Positions 43,994 through 56,758 of a stretch of 64,000 nt of DNA are shown in pieces; the stretch's first letter is position 1; every line of letters begins with the position of its first letter. The notes under the pieces are model-generated. The model was not told the origin of the DNA, made no database searches, and saw only the letters and a list, made by a program, of their open reading frames with translations. Where the stretch lies: the NCBI GenBank assembly GCA_043228905.1, contig JBHGNT010000008.1, forward strand, positions 9,424,001 through 9,488,000, in the 5' to 3' direction. The stretch is from Azolla caroliniana (taxonomy: Eukaryota > Plantae > Polypodiophyta). The position numbers and the translations under genes were made by a program.

Positions 43994-46388
43994 GAACCCC
44001 TTCACCACGATCCTGGCTTTGTATCTTCGGGGGGTTGCCGGCATCTCCCAGTTTCAACTTGTACACCCACTTGTTTCGGAGTGCCCGCTTTCCTTTCGAC
44101 AACTCCACCAATTTGTACGTATGGTTCTCATGCAGGGAATCCATCTCATCCTGCATTGGCAGTTAACCATTTTCGGCTGTGGGTGTCATCCTTCACTTCT
44201 TCGAAGCTTTCTGGCTCTCCCTCATCGGTCAGCAGCACATGCTCTGAGTCCGGAAATCTTCGCGGGGCCCTTCTCTCTCTGAGAGGATATCTCTGTCTTT
44301 GGGTTTCGGTAACCGGCTCCTCCATTTGATCTTCATCCGAATCCGATTTGGGGTCTTAGCCGGTTCCGGTTCCAGCTTCCTCTACTTCTTCTTCTGCCGG
44401 TTCGGTATCGTCACCGTAACCGGATGGTTCCTCGAGCGCTAACCGGTCTCTTGCCGGTTGGGTCTACTCATCGTAGAATCGATCCTTACCGGTCGACTCG
44501 GAGTTCATTATCTTCTTCTCCGACTCCCAGTCGGCGAGCGTCTTGTCCTCCATGAAGATAATATCTCGACTCCGGAATACCTTCTTGTCGACCAGGTCCC
44601 ACACTCGGTAGCCGAACTCATCGTTCCCGTAATCGAGGAATATGCATGGCCGGGTCTTCAGATCTAGTTTTCCTCTCCGGTCCTTAGCTACATGCACATA
44701 CGCAAGACACCCGAATACCTTCAGATGCCAATAGGACACTTCCTTACCGGTCCAGACTCTCTAATGCATGTCTCCGTCCAAGGGTACTGAGGGTGATCTG
44801 TTTATCACATACGTCGTTGTCGACAGCGCCTCAGCTCAAAAAGCCTTGGGTAGTTTTGCATGCGCTAGCATACTCCGGACCCTCTCCATTATGGTCCGGT
44901 TCATCCTCCGGCCAACCCGTTTAGTTCCGGCGTCTTTGGCACGGTAAATTCGAGCCGGATTCCCTTCGAGCGACAGTACTCCTCGAACTGCCCCCGGTAT
45001 TCACCTTCGTTATCTGCTCGAACCGCCTTCAGCTTCTGGCCGGTTTCTCTTTCCACTCTTGCGTGGAGCTCTTTTAAGACCGATAACACCTGATCCTTCG
45101 TCTTCAATGCTGTGGCCCACAGCTTCCGGTTGTGGTCATCTATGAACGTTACGAAGTACTGCGATCCTGCATGTGACTTCATGTCCACTTGACACACATC
45201 AGTATGCACCAACTCTAGTGGTGCATTACGTCTCATCGGTGGCCTTGGTCGGAAAGAGGTCTGGTTTTGCTTACCGGCCAAACAGTCAATGCACTTCTCC
45301 AAGTGCACATTCTTCACTGGAATGAGGTTGTCGTCTGCAAGCCTCTTCATCCCCAGCTCACCGGCAGTGTCGGATGCCATGTGACATCGTGTCCACTTGA
45401 CACACATCAGTATGCACCAACTCCAGTGGTGCATTACGTCTCATCGGTGGCCTTGGTCAGAAAGAGGTCCGGTTTTGCTTACGGGCCAAACAGTCAGTGC
45501 ACTTCTCCAAGTGCACATTCTTCACTGGAATGAGGTTGTCGTCAGCAAGCCTCTTCATCCCCAGCTCACCGGCAGTGTCGGATGCCACGTTCACTTCCTC
45601 CGGACATAACCGGGCATTCATCAGGTACAGTGTGTTTACCTTCAGGGCCCGAGCCACAATCAGGCTCCCTTTGCTGAACTTCATAACACCGTTCCAGATC
45701 CTACCCGTGTCGTGTAGCCTTCGTCATCTAGCCGACCGGCTGATATCAAGTTCAGATGAACCTCCGGAACGTGTCGGACATCCTTCAGCAGCAGCTTGCA
45801 TCCAGTTGGTGTTGTCAGCCACACGTCTCCTATGCCGACAATTCGGCATGTTCCTTCATTGAAGTTGTTGTATAGGCTCATGTCGATGAAGCACCGTATG
45901 TACGTCGTTGTCTTCATGTGCATCACCTCCCACATCGCGGCGTCGATTTTGTCCAGTCTCTTGTCCCCGAACTGAACCGGCAGCCAAATGTCTTTAACCA
46001 CGAGCATGTCCCTCATCTTCGACTTCCACACCAAATAGTTGGAACCGGTGAGCTTGAATATGCCTCCCAACGAATCATCCATTTTTTTCTGTGTCGTTTC
46101 GCTCTGATACCACTTTGCTAGGAACTGCACGCTCCCTATACGCAACGCTCGGCCACAATTGAGCTTAGAATCATACACAGAAAAAGGGAAATGAAAGCAC
46201 GACACAATGGAGAGAAGAGTACACAGGATGTTAGCGTGGAAAACCTAAACTAGGGAAAAGCCACGGCAGCCCACAGACTGCAAACTATCACTATATTAGA
46301 ATGTACAATAGTGAAGCACCGAGGCAACGACCTCTAGCTTGCTATCTTCACCACAGGCGGCGGTTACAATAGAGATACGAACTCTTCG

Positions 46389-46421
<33 letters not shown>

Positions 46422-46819
46422 GTACACAGTTGCGCGCTCTAATCTTGCGCCAACAAGAATAACTATTAACTCAACAACTCTATTTTCTCTGTTTGCCGTA
46501 AGTCATATTTATACTAATATGAATTTTCGGCTATTTACAAATATAGCCCCGATGGACTCTCAAAAACATATTTACAAATATGTCCCTTCATCCGGTGATC
46601 ACTCTTCACCGGGCCTGCATCATCCGGCGCTTGTCGGGCACTCATCATCCGGTTGTCACCAGGTCATCCGTAGCCGGGTACTCCTCATCCGGTTCTCACT
46701 GGGTCATCCGTAGCCGGGTACTCTTCATCCGGTTTCGGCTGAGGCCTATCGGCCTCGGCCGAGATTCTCATCAGCATTGTTCTTCTCACTTCCCATCCGG
46801 AGGGACCTGTTTCCTAACA
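43994..46819 (-). mobile_element. Ty1/copia element E (family of A/D), 5' LTR to RT start, rearranged and 3' truncated
   Basis: LTR 46116-46819; PBS 46100-46112; gag start fused to PR by deletion; INT pieces 44464-45684. Confidence 0.9.
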
Positions 46820-46836
46820 GTATCTACCTCGCGCAT

Positions 46837-47914
46837 TGTCGTGGAGAAAACCGTCCCTAGGCGGAATCGGAGAATGATGTGCAGGAACCGGCCCTTACAC
46901 GCGGGCACAAGTTTTGTTGTAATGTACATATTTAGGTACAAGTTCGCTGATGTGGATATCCTAGGTCGCACAGATTTGATAGGTAGGAAATCGAGGCATA
47001 TCTCTGTCCGAAAGGACAGAGAATAAAGATGATGTAACAAGTTGTAACAGCCTCCCTCCTTGGGCTATAAAAGAGAGGGAGATGAATCGTGAAGGGGATG
47101 GTAGGGAGTCGAGGACGAAGTGCTGTTAGACTGGGACCGAGCTCTTCTCCTCCGTCTTTCTCTGTATTTGCTCTGTGCAGGTTTTCGAGAGGCTGATTCT
47201 GCTCCGTAGAACGCCCGAGTGCTTCCAACAGAGTCTCCATCTCGCTCTTCTGTGTGCGTGTGCGTAGGCGTAGGTGATTTGTCGCTCACTGACCTGCCGG
47301 TTGTAACCCCCTTTTATCAGAATATATATATACATATACACATTCGTCTTGTTTCCGTTGTTTCATCCGATTGCGGTTTCTATGTATTTGTGTGTGTGTG
47401 TGTGGAAGCGCGGTCATTGTCTTCTTGCTCCTACTCCTGATCGGTTATTCCTCAGTCCAAGACTCCCGTGGTCCCGCCTCGTTCTATACGCATAGGCACG
47501 GAGGGATGGCAGGAAACAAGCCCGTGACCGACGGCCTCCGGCTGGGCATCGGTGCTTGTGGTGCGACGCAGTCGGCCACGCCCGAAAGGACTGCGGGGAC
47601 TTCGCCGAAGCGATAAGGGCCAACATGGTGTACTTGTGGAACGGGCGGGTACATGCTAGCGAAACCCGGAGGGCCCTGGATCTGAACGTCGGACGAGGGG
47701 GGATGAGACGGTTGATGGAGGAAGCGGTGGCTCACCATGCAGAGACCATCGACTACTCGGCGTCGGCAAGAATCCGGGTCGGGAGTGATGAAGTCCGGAA
47801 AACGAAGGACTCCGGGTTCTGGCCGTTCGTGCTAGAAGGCCTAGCCCGTGTATGGCTAAGGAAAGAGGAAGCAGAGTGCGCGGAAAGACCGGTCCGGGAG
47901 GTAACCAGGTGGAG
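46837..47914 (+). mobile_element. Gypsy remnant (LTR-like part plus gag zinc-knuckle region), family related to element J
   Basis: TATA CTATAAAAG near 47065; RCLWCDAVGHARKDC..HASETRRALDLNVGRGGM homologous to 57585-57740. Confidence 0.7.
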
Positions 47915-50900
47915 TTTCATCGAAGGAACCAACGAAACAGCACCTGATGCAGCACATAAGGATTTCCCAGTGTGGGAACAATCGGCAAGCAGAGTGATGT
48001 ACTGCTTTCGCATCCAATGTCGGAGACCAGCTGCTAAGCCACATCCGAGACGCCAAGACGTCGAAGGAGGCTTGGGGAAACCTGAAGAAGGTCTTCTCCG
48101 CCCGAAAGCTACAACTCCGACAGGAGTTGAGCAATGTCCAACATAAGGACATGTCGGTGGCAGATTACACGGCCCGGATCAAAGAGATCTGTGAATCGCT
48201 TGCCTCTATCAACGTTATCGTAGAGGAAGACGAGATGGTACAGGTCTGTCTTGGGGGCCTGGCGTCGAAGTTTAGAGCGTTCTGAACGACGGTGTGTACA
48301 AGGGAGAATACGCCGTCATTTTTCGACTTACAGTCGATGCTCCTTGTAGAGGAGAACCACGCCAGTGTGTCAACTAGCGCACCCACTGACAGCCGGATGT
48401 TGTACACGGAGGCGGTTCGGTCCCGTGGGCGTGGTGGACAAGACGGGTCGGCACGCAATGGAGGCAGCCGGCAAGAGCAAGAACGAAGGCACAGAGATCG
48501 TGCCGACAACAGTTCCGGGACTTCCACAAGCAGGGGGAGTCAAGGTGGTGCCGGAGGCCGGCAAGACAAATCCGCAACGGAATTTTGGTAGTGTGGCAAG
48601 AAGGGCCAGAGAGAAAGCGAGTGTTGCATACGGCAAGGCCGGGAAGGATGGCCAACAAAGCTCGCACTACGCGAAGGGATCGGGAGGATCCAAGAACGGT
48701 AATGGGCCAGCCTTGGTGATGAAACACGATGCGAACTCGATGAAGAAGACCACTTCCAAATCAGAGGAAGTGTGGTATGTTGATTCCGGTGTGTCAAACC
48801 ACATGACGAGCCACAAAGAGTGGTTCTCCTTTTTGGAAAAACCGGATCAACCAGGAGTAGTCGAAACCAGAGACGACACTCCTCACCCAATCATGCACGT
48901 CCGAGAAGTCCCTTTGAGCCACGTCGGATAGAAGGGGAAGCTGATGAACGTATTACACGTTCCGACAATCACGAAGAACCTGGTGTCGGTCGGACAAATC
49001 GTCGACCAGGGGATGCAGGTGTGGTTTACGCACCTCGGGTGCTTCATCGAGGAAGCGGGCCAGATTATTGCGCAAGGGCGCAGAGACGGGAGGATGTTTA
49101 TCCTCGATACCAACGACATCGGCACCGCTCTGTTTGCAAAAGGACAGAAGGTCGAATTGGACATCGATCTGTGGCACAAGCGGATAGGCCACGTCAATTA
49201 CCGGAGGCTTCAAGACCTGCAAACAAAACAAGTTGTTTTCGGCTTGCCAAAGTTCAGCGGCCGGAAGGCCCAAGTATGTGAAGCCTGCCAACTCGGGAAG
49301 CAACACCGGCTTCCATTCGCTACCTAATGTAACCGGAGCCATATCAAGCTTGACCTTATCCATTCGGATGTGTGGGGACCGACATAGAATGTTAGTCTTG
49401 ACGGGAGTCGATATTTCGTCTCCTTCATCGACGACTATACGCGGCACACATGGATCTACCTCATTGAGCGGAAGAGCAAAGTCTTCGAGTGTTTTCAGAG
49501 TCTCCAAAGCATGGTGGAACGGGAATCACAGAGGAAGATCAAATGTTTGCGGTCGGACGGCGGGAAAGAATACTTTTCTGGCCAATTCAACAGTTATCTA
49601 TAGCAAACGGGAATTCGGCGAGAGTTTAGCTGCAGATACGCACCGCAACAGAACGATGTTGGCCAGAGGAAGAACCGGTTGCTCATTAACGAGGCAAGGG
49701 CAATGCTAGAGGAGAAGAGCATGCCCAAATTCTATTGGGCGGAGGTAGTCCAAACGGCTGTCTACATCCAGAACCGGATCGGTGACAACGTGTCAGCTCA
49801 CGAGCTGTATTTCGGGCGAAAGCTGAATTTGAGACACCTTAAGATCTTCCGTAGCATTGCATATGTGCATGTACCAACTGAGAAGTGGAGGAAGCTGGAT
49901 GCAAAATCGGAAAAATGCTTCCTAGTCGGCTATGCTCAAGAGCAAAAGGGTTATAAGTGTTATAAGCCCCAGACAAAGTAGGTCCGAGTTAGTCGAGATG
50001 TCGAGTTTGATGAATCGGCATCATGGTACTCCTTACCGACTCCGACTTACGAATCCAACCCGATGCCAAAGGATGAGGCCAGTGAGCCTGAACCGGCCCA
50101 AGTAGATGATGATGAAGCGTGGACTCAAGATGAGAGTCCGGAATCGTTTTGGTTGAGCGGACCGAACAAGCGACTGAGTCAATCTGACCAGTCCAATGAG
50201 GAACCGGCGAGTAGTAGAGACTCTACCGTGCTCTCCCCGCACAAGGAACCAAGGAGACGGTTCACGCGCAAAGAGAAAGGGAAGAAGAAGATGTCGGAAT
50301 TCGAAACCGGCAACGATGAATCGGATCAGTGTGCATCCGACTCCGGCAAGGACACAGGAGGATCTTTGGCAACAAAGACCGAACCGGCCAAGAAAGGCCT
50401 TAAACCGGATAATGGTGAGTTACATCGGTCCACCCGCCAGAAGGATCCCGTCAAGCGGTACGGGTACAATGAGTACATGGCACATCACTATGCGTACATG
50501 ACTAAGGTGGCGGAAGTGTGTGAGCCGGAGAGCTACGCAGAAGCGGCAAAGGACGCAAATTGGCGTGCGGCTATGGATGTCAACGAGACATGGGACCTAG
50601 TTGACCCTCCCCGTCATTGTAAACCGATCGGATGCAAGTGGTTGTACAAGATAAAGTACAACGCTGACGGTTCAGTTAACCAGTACAAGGCCCGGTTAGT
50701 GGCGAAGGGATACGCGCAGACCCACGGAATCGACTACGACAAGACCTTCGCTCCGGTAGCGAAGTTGATGACGGTTCGTGTGGTGTTGGCGGTTGCTGCA
50801 GCAAGGGGGTGGCATCTTGACCAGATGGATGTGAAGAATGCATTTCTTCAGGGTGATCTTGAAGAAGAAGTCATTATGACTCAGCCCCCCGGCTTTCAAT

Positions 50901-52956
50901 CGGAGATGAACAAGTCGGCGGTATGCTGGCTGAAGAAGTCGTTGTACGGCCTGAAGCAAGCCCCTCGAGCTTGGAATGCGAAGATCATGCACCGATTGCG
51001 TAAGATGGGGTTTGTGGCCTCCAAATCGGACTCTTCGTTGTTCATCCGGCAAGGCTCAGCCGGTCCGGTATGTATGTTGTTGTATGTTGATGATCTAGTC
51101 ATCACCGGACTGGGTGTTCCAAAAATCAATCGCATCAAGTCCATGTTGCTGGACACATTTGAGATGAAGGACCTGGGGGACCTTCATTATTTTCTTGGGA
51201 TCGAGGTGATCCGAACCCCTGACGGCATATTACTCTCACAACGACATTACGTCTTGAATATGTTGTACAAGTTCGGCATGACAGAATGCCGACCTGTGTC
51301 CATACCCTTGGCCGGAACCAGAAGCTCCGTCCCAACTCCGGACCGGCCTGCAACGAGAAACGGTTCCGACAAATTGTCGGAAGCCTTATTTACCTGACTA
51401 TCACACACCCTAACATCAGCTATCCGGTCGGAATGATAAGTCAGTTCATGTAGAAGCCGACCGTGGAGCACCTTCAATGCGCACAACGCATACTGCGATA
51501 TGTAAGCGGCACAAAGGACCAAGGACTATTATACCGGCGAGGTATAACCGAAGAGCTCGTCTGTTACACGGATGCCGATTGGGCCGGAGATGCATCAGAT
51601 CGCCGATCAACCTCCGATTATATGTTTTCCCTAGGGAGTGCAACTGTTGTGTGGAGTAGCAAAAACCAGCCAACAGTGGCTCCATCAAGCACTGAGGCTG
51701 AGTACCGGGGCGCTACCATTGCCACCTGCGAAGCCATTTGGCTTCGGCGACTATTGCGAGACTTGCGGATCGAGGTACCAACCCCGATCTCGATTTATTG
51801 TGATAACATCAGCAGCATGCAACTCGCCAAGAACCTTGTGTTCCATGCTCACACGAAGCACATAGAAGTGCATTATCACTTTGTGCGTGAGCGGGTCCTC
51901 AACGTTGAAGTTGAACTACAGTATGTTCACACGGATCGGCAAGTTGCCGACATCTTCACCAAGCCGCTCCGATCGGACAAGTTGCAACACTTTACCGACA
52001 TGCTTGGTGTTCAACATCTCGACGTGCCACACTTGAGGGGGAGAACGGGCAAAGACATCGGAACGGGCAAAGGCAAAGAGACTGCCGATTGCGCCGGTGA
52101 GGGAAGAACAGAAGGCGGTAGAGTCAAGAAGGATAGTGCCGACTGAAGGAAGAACGCCAAGACCCGGACATGGTCCGATGTGGTAATGGGCTTGGAACCA
52201 GAAGAAAAATTGGGAGCAACCGATTTGGACAAGAGTTGGAACGAATCGGGGACAGTCGATTCGGTTCAACAGAAAGATTCGGAAGAACCGGATCAATTCA
52301 AGGCCAAGCAGACACGGATCGAGCGAAAGTCGATGCCATTGCAGAGGAACCAACGGATCGATAAGCGCTGGAGTCATAACAACGAAGGAGCTGAGAGGGG
52401 CCTATTGAGCAAACATACCAACCCCGAAGGTTGATGGGCGCAAATCAAGAGGGGTCGCGGCAAACAGAACTGGGCCGGAGGAAGTCGGTTGGAAGAACCG
52501 ACTGCCACAGAGGCTGACACTAGGATCCAACCTCAAGTTGAGCTTGAGGGGGAGTGTTGAGCGGCAAGCTCAACTGGAGTCGGATCAACTGGATAAGCCT
52601 GAGCCGGCAAGCGAGACGGATCGGTAAGCCGTGAGCAACCGAGCCGGTGAGCTGGGGAGCCAGTTAGCCGGATCCAATTGGTAACCGGTAACCTAGTATT
52701 AGTTTAGACTACTAGGCAATTATAGTCTCGTAGTAAGTGTCAGAAGCTCGTGTGAGCATTAAAGTACGCGGTACTTGTGTCAGTCCCATGAGGACTTGTA
52801 TAAATAGTGCTATTGAGCACAATTGTAGATATAGAGTGTTTTATATATATTTTTGAATATAGCTTTGAGGTTCTGCTCCCTCTTTGTCTCTCCCGTGTAC
52901 TCTGTGTATTCTCTACTTTCTCTGTTTTCTAACGCTTCCGCAAGTAATCGTTTATA
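47910..52956 (+). mobile_element. Ty1/copia element G (same family as B), 5' truncated, with 3' LTR
   Basis: gag-PR-INT-RT-RH pieces 47910-52146 colinear with B; PPT TTGAGGGGGAG at 52544-52554; LTR 52555-52956 similar to the B LTR. Confidence 0.92.
52555..52956 (+). repeat. 3' LTR of copia G
   Basis: TGTTGAGCGGCAAGCTCAAC...CGTTTATA; homologous to the reverse complement of 19749-20155. Confidence 0.88.
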
Positions 52957-53129
52957 GTTAGAACACAACACTTGACTATATACAAGAGGTCAAGAGTTCA
53001 AATCTTGACATGACTGTTGTTGTCATGTGACACTTGACACTAGTTGTTCGAGAAGGTTTTGTAGAAGGAAACTCTTCTTCTACCTTAGATTTTCTAACTA
53101 GCTTGTTCCCATGAGGAACTTAGGAGAGG

Positions 53130-53680
53130 CTTGTCACACCATCACTTTGGATCGATCGGTCGAGACGTTTCTCAGAGTCTTCTCTACGAGTGCTTGCTTG
53201 CTTCTGTTGGTGGACGCACTAGCGGGTTTGGGTTCGGCTTCTGGCATTTCAGCCTTAAACTCGGCCAGAGAATAGTCAAAACTAATTCTCTTTCTAGTTC
53301 TGGGCTTGGTTTATACTGAGTTGGTTGAGTCTTCATTGAAGATCACATCACTGTTGGGGATCAATTTCTAGCTTTCAAGGTCCCATAGCCTATAGCCGAA
53401 GTTCTTGTTCATCCCATATCCGAAAAAGATGCATTTTCTCGAGTGGGGGGCTAGTTTGTTTCTTTTCTCGCGAGGTATGTGAGCATAGGTTTCATACCCA
53501 AATACATGAATCGGTTGCTTGCCTGACCATAGTGCTTGTGGCACTTAAAGCTTAATTGCTTTTTACGGCAATAGGTTTATCAAATATATAGCTATCTAAA
53601 ATGCTTCTGCCCAAAACTCTAGGTTTAGTTTCACATGCTGGAGCATTTCCATCATTCTCTATTGGATGGTCTAGTTTATC
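53130..53680 (-). pseudogene. Degenerate copia integrase fragment
   Basis: Minus strand gives FWAEAF, YAHIPREKRNKLAPHSRKCIFFGYG, FGYRLWD and DVIFNED. Confidence 0.7.
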
Positions 53681-53742
53681 CTATTTATAGGTGGGGGTTG
53701 GAGCCAAGAACAACACCACCCTCCTTCCAAGGGGGTTACATA

Positions 53743-54100
53743 TGTCGCGGTATTCCGCGCAGATGTGTGGAAATCGGGTAGGACCACCATTGTCTTGGAC
53801 GAAGGAGCCGGTAAGGGAGAAAGGCAGCCTAGAATGATGTCCAGATAGTTTCACCGAATCGGTTTCCAGACGTGTGCCCGATCCAGAACAATTCTCGGAT
53901 ACCGGCGGATTAACGCTCGGGCCTAAAGAAGTGTAACGTTCCGGTCAGATTTCCAAACAATAGCAATGAGCTCACAGGCTCCAACGCGCACACAACAGGA
54001 ACAGATTATGGATGTAACCATGCGTCCTACTCGTCTTCCTGATTAACTATCCACCTGATTCTAGTTTGGGGTTTCTTACTTAGCGGAGGGCCAAATTTTC
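53743..54100. repeat. LTR-like fragment related to 27873 onward
   Basis: TGTCGCGGTATTCCGCGCAGATGTGTGGAAATCGGGTAGGACCACC versus TGTTGCGGTATTCCGTGCGCATGTGTCGGAATGGGCAGGACCACC. Confidence 0.45.
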
Positions 54101-55436
54101 CTACTTCTGGTATAGGTGTGGGGTTTCTTCCGGTTGTCCAAACTATCGCGGCCCCACGCCTTGATAGTCCTCTCTAAAAATCCTCTCGGCCCTCGTCGCC
54201 GAGAGAATCTCGATTTCGTTCATGATTTGGCCTTACCATCAAGAATTGGATGGAGGGCTTACCGTCTTGGCTCTTTACCCTCGTGTATGTCGGACCATTG
54301 TCCAGCAGTTTGGTCTCCATACGAGCCGTTGTAATGGAAGGTTCCCCAAGAATCACTGGATGGGAAGACGTCTCCTACACGAAGAAGTGTTATTCAATCT
54401 CGACATCCCCAACTTTCATTCACATGTTCGGGCACGCACCATGAAGCTCTTCAGTAGCGCGGGTCATCGCGCGTATCTTCCAACCATGCTTCACGTTGAT
54501 CGGCTATTTACGCTTCTTGTAGAAGTCCATGGGCACTAATTTAATCTACGATCCGTGATCGATTAGCACTACCACCGACTCGTGCACATCCCCGATCTGA
54601 ACCAATGTCTCCATGGTAGCTCTTGCCCACTACGGCCTCATGTAGTGGCTTTCAGTGTATTCGTCTTCTACTGCCATCTCATCAATCAAGGCCTTCCTCA
54701 CTTCGACTGGCTTCTCAGCCTCCAGCTTCGTTGACAACCTCTTCCTTTTTATCAGATCAACAATGTCATCATGGAACTCCTTCTTCGTTATCCCTAGCAC
54801 CTCCCTCAGGGTGAGCTCCATCCGGCTGTCGAGGATCCGTTCCTCCAAGACCCTCCGTAGGTTCGTCATCCTCTCTATCTACGAGCTCAATAAAAAACCC
54901 GACAACTTCGTCTTCTCCTATGTGTTGGCTAGGCCTCCATCATTCTTCTACGGCCCACTCAGGTTGTCATACCAGTTCGAGGGACCGGCCTTTCTGGCCC
55001 GCTTGTCTTCCACCAGAACCTCATAGTTTTGGCATGCGACTTCCACGAACCCTGTTTTGTCTTCTACCAGATCGTCCCATCCAATGCCCTCTTGGATCCG
55101 CCTCTTCGTGCGGTCCGCTTCTTCTTTCCTTAGCCTCACACTGGATAGGCCCTCTAGCACAAGTGCCTAGATTCTGGTTTTGCATCCGGATCTGATGCCC
55201 TTCCCTCCTCCTACCTGGATCCTTGCCGACACCGAGTAGTGGATGGCCTCGACGTTTCAGGCCGCGGCTTCCTCCACTATCCTTTTCATCCCACCCCTGC
55301 CTATATTTACCTCCATGACCCTCCACGTATCGTTCCAAAGGTACAGTACATTACCCTTAAGTGCCTCGGCCAAATTGGCACAGTCCCTCCGGATGTGGTC
55401 GACAACGTCGCATCACATACACCTCTGGTCGAACGG

Positions 55437-56705
55437 TGTCGTGTGAATCTTCACACACTATGTAAAAGAATGAAATAATTATTATAGATTAGATTAGTAA
55501 CTTACTATAGAAAGATGGATATACTCAAGAGCTTCAAAATGTATTTTACTATATACAAAATGGAGAAATACATATCAAGTTATGAGAAAATAAAGTTTGA
55601 TTAGATAGGGAAATTAGAACTATCCCACATAGATAGGAAAGTTAAGGCCCTGGCTATATAAACACCTTGAGCTCCCTCATTTTTCATTTGTGCTAAGAGC
55701 ACTTTGGCCACTTTGTCTTGATGGATGATGGTGGCCAAATTCTCTAAAATTGGAAACCAGTCGATAAGCAAATCCGGAAAACGGGTCCGGTAAGCAAATC
55801 CGGAAACTGGCCGGTATGCAATTCGGAAACCGGCCGGTATGCAAAACCGGAACCAGTCGGCAAGCAAACCGGAACCGGAACGGGTATGCAAACCGGAAAC
55901 CGGCCGGTAAGCAAAACCGGAAACCGGCCGGCAAGCAAAACTGGAACCGGTCGGCAAGCAAAACCGGAACAGGAACCGGCCGGCAAGCAAAATCGGAACC
56001 GAAATCGACCGGCAAGCAAAATGGAACCGGCTACCGGACGAGGTTGGACGCGGACGGACGAAAGATTGGATCATGCAACAAACTAAAGTAAAGTGAAGAG
56101 AACTAAAGTAAAGGCCATGTGGACGCAAGCAACTAAAGGAGTGCATGGAAAAAGTAAAGGTCATGTGGACAGTCACATGCAACCAAAAGAAAAAGTTAGG
56201 CAACTAAAAGTAGAGGCCATGCAACAAAAAGTGGAAAGGCTATGATCAAGGGAGAACTCCATATTTATTCCATTTTTTTTCCTACACTAGGACACACTCT
56301 CCATATTATCTTAATTTTTTTTCTTTTCTTTGGGAGCTCTCTTATATTATCGAAGCCAATAACCCTAATCTTCCCTACGGAAGCTAGCTCTCAAGTAAAC
56401 CATAATTTCCATACGGAAGCAATCTCTCAAAATCCAAAATTCCTTGTCAAAGCCATATCACTCAAGAATCATAATCTCTTATTTCCTCCAATCTATTATT
56501 CTAATCATCTCCATAAGATAAAACTTTTGTAATCCCAATCTTGGGATTGATTGTAATCTTTCTTTCCCTTTTATTAATGAAATTTGTTAATCTTTCTCAT
56601 TTCGGTTAATTCTTAGTACATAAATACACGAATTTGATATCCTCTAGACAAAGGCCCCGGGGTCTTGCCTCAACGTTCACGTATCCTCGTCGTATTTTCG
56701 CGACA
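55437..56705 (+). repeat. 5' LTR of gypsy J (1269 bp) with a CCGG-rich tandem array
   Basis: Direct repeat of 62413-63682; array of about 20-25-bp CCGGCAAGCAAAACCGGAA units at 55750-56035. Confidence 0.95.
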
Positions 56706-56709
56706 TCTT

Positions 56710-56726
56710 TGGTGAACCCGACGTGA
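56710..56726 (+). promoter_or_regulatory. Primer binding site complementary to tRNA-Trp
   Basis: TGGTGAACCCGACGTGA is complementary to the plant tRNA-Trp(CCA) 3' end TCACGTCGGGTTCA-CCA. Confidence 0.85.
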
Positions 56727-56758
56727 AACGAGGCAGTAGGAGGATATCAAGTACGAAG

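Noticed and set aside
43490-44329. 279-aa ORF as a novel RT fusion gene
   Set aside because: RT of F reads by chance into the antisense strand of E across a deletion junction.
55601-56203. 200-aa and overlapping ORFs rich in FACRPV repeats (also 62580-63199)
   Set aside because: Translations of the LTR tandem array of gypsy J; open in several frames because of low complexity.
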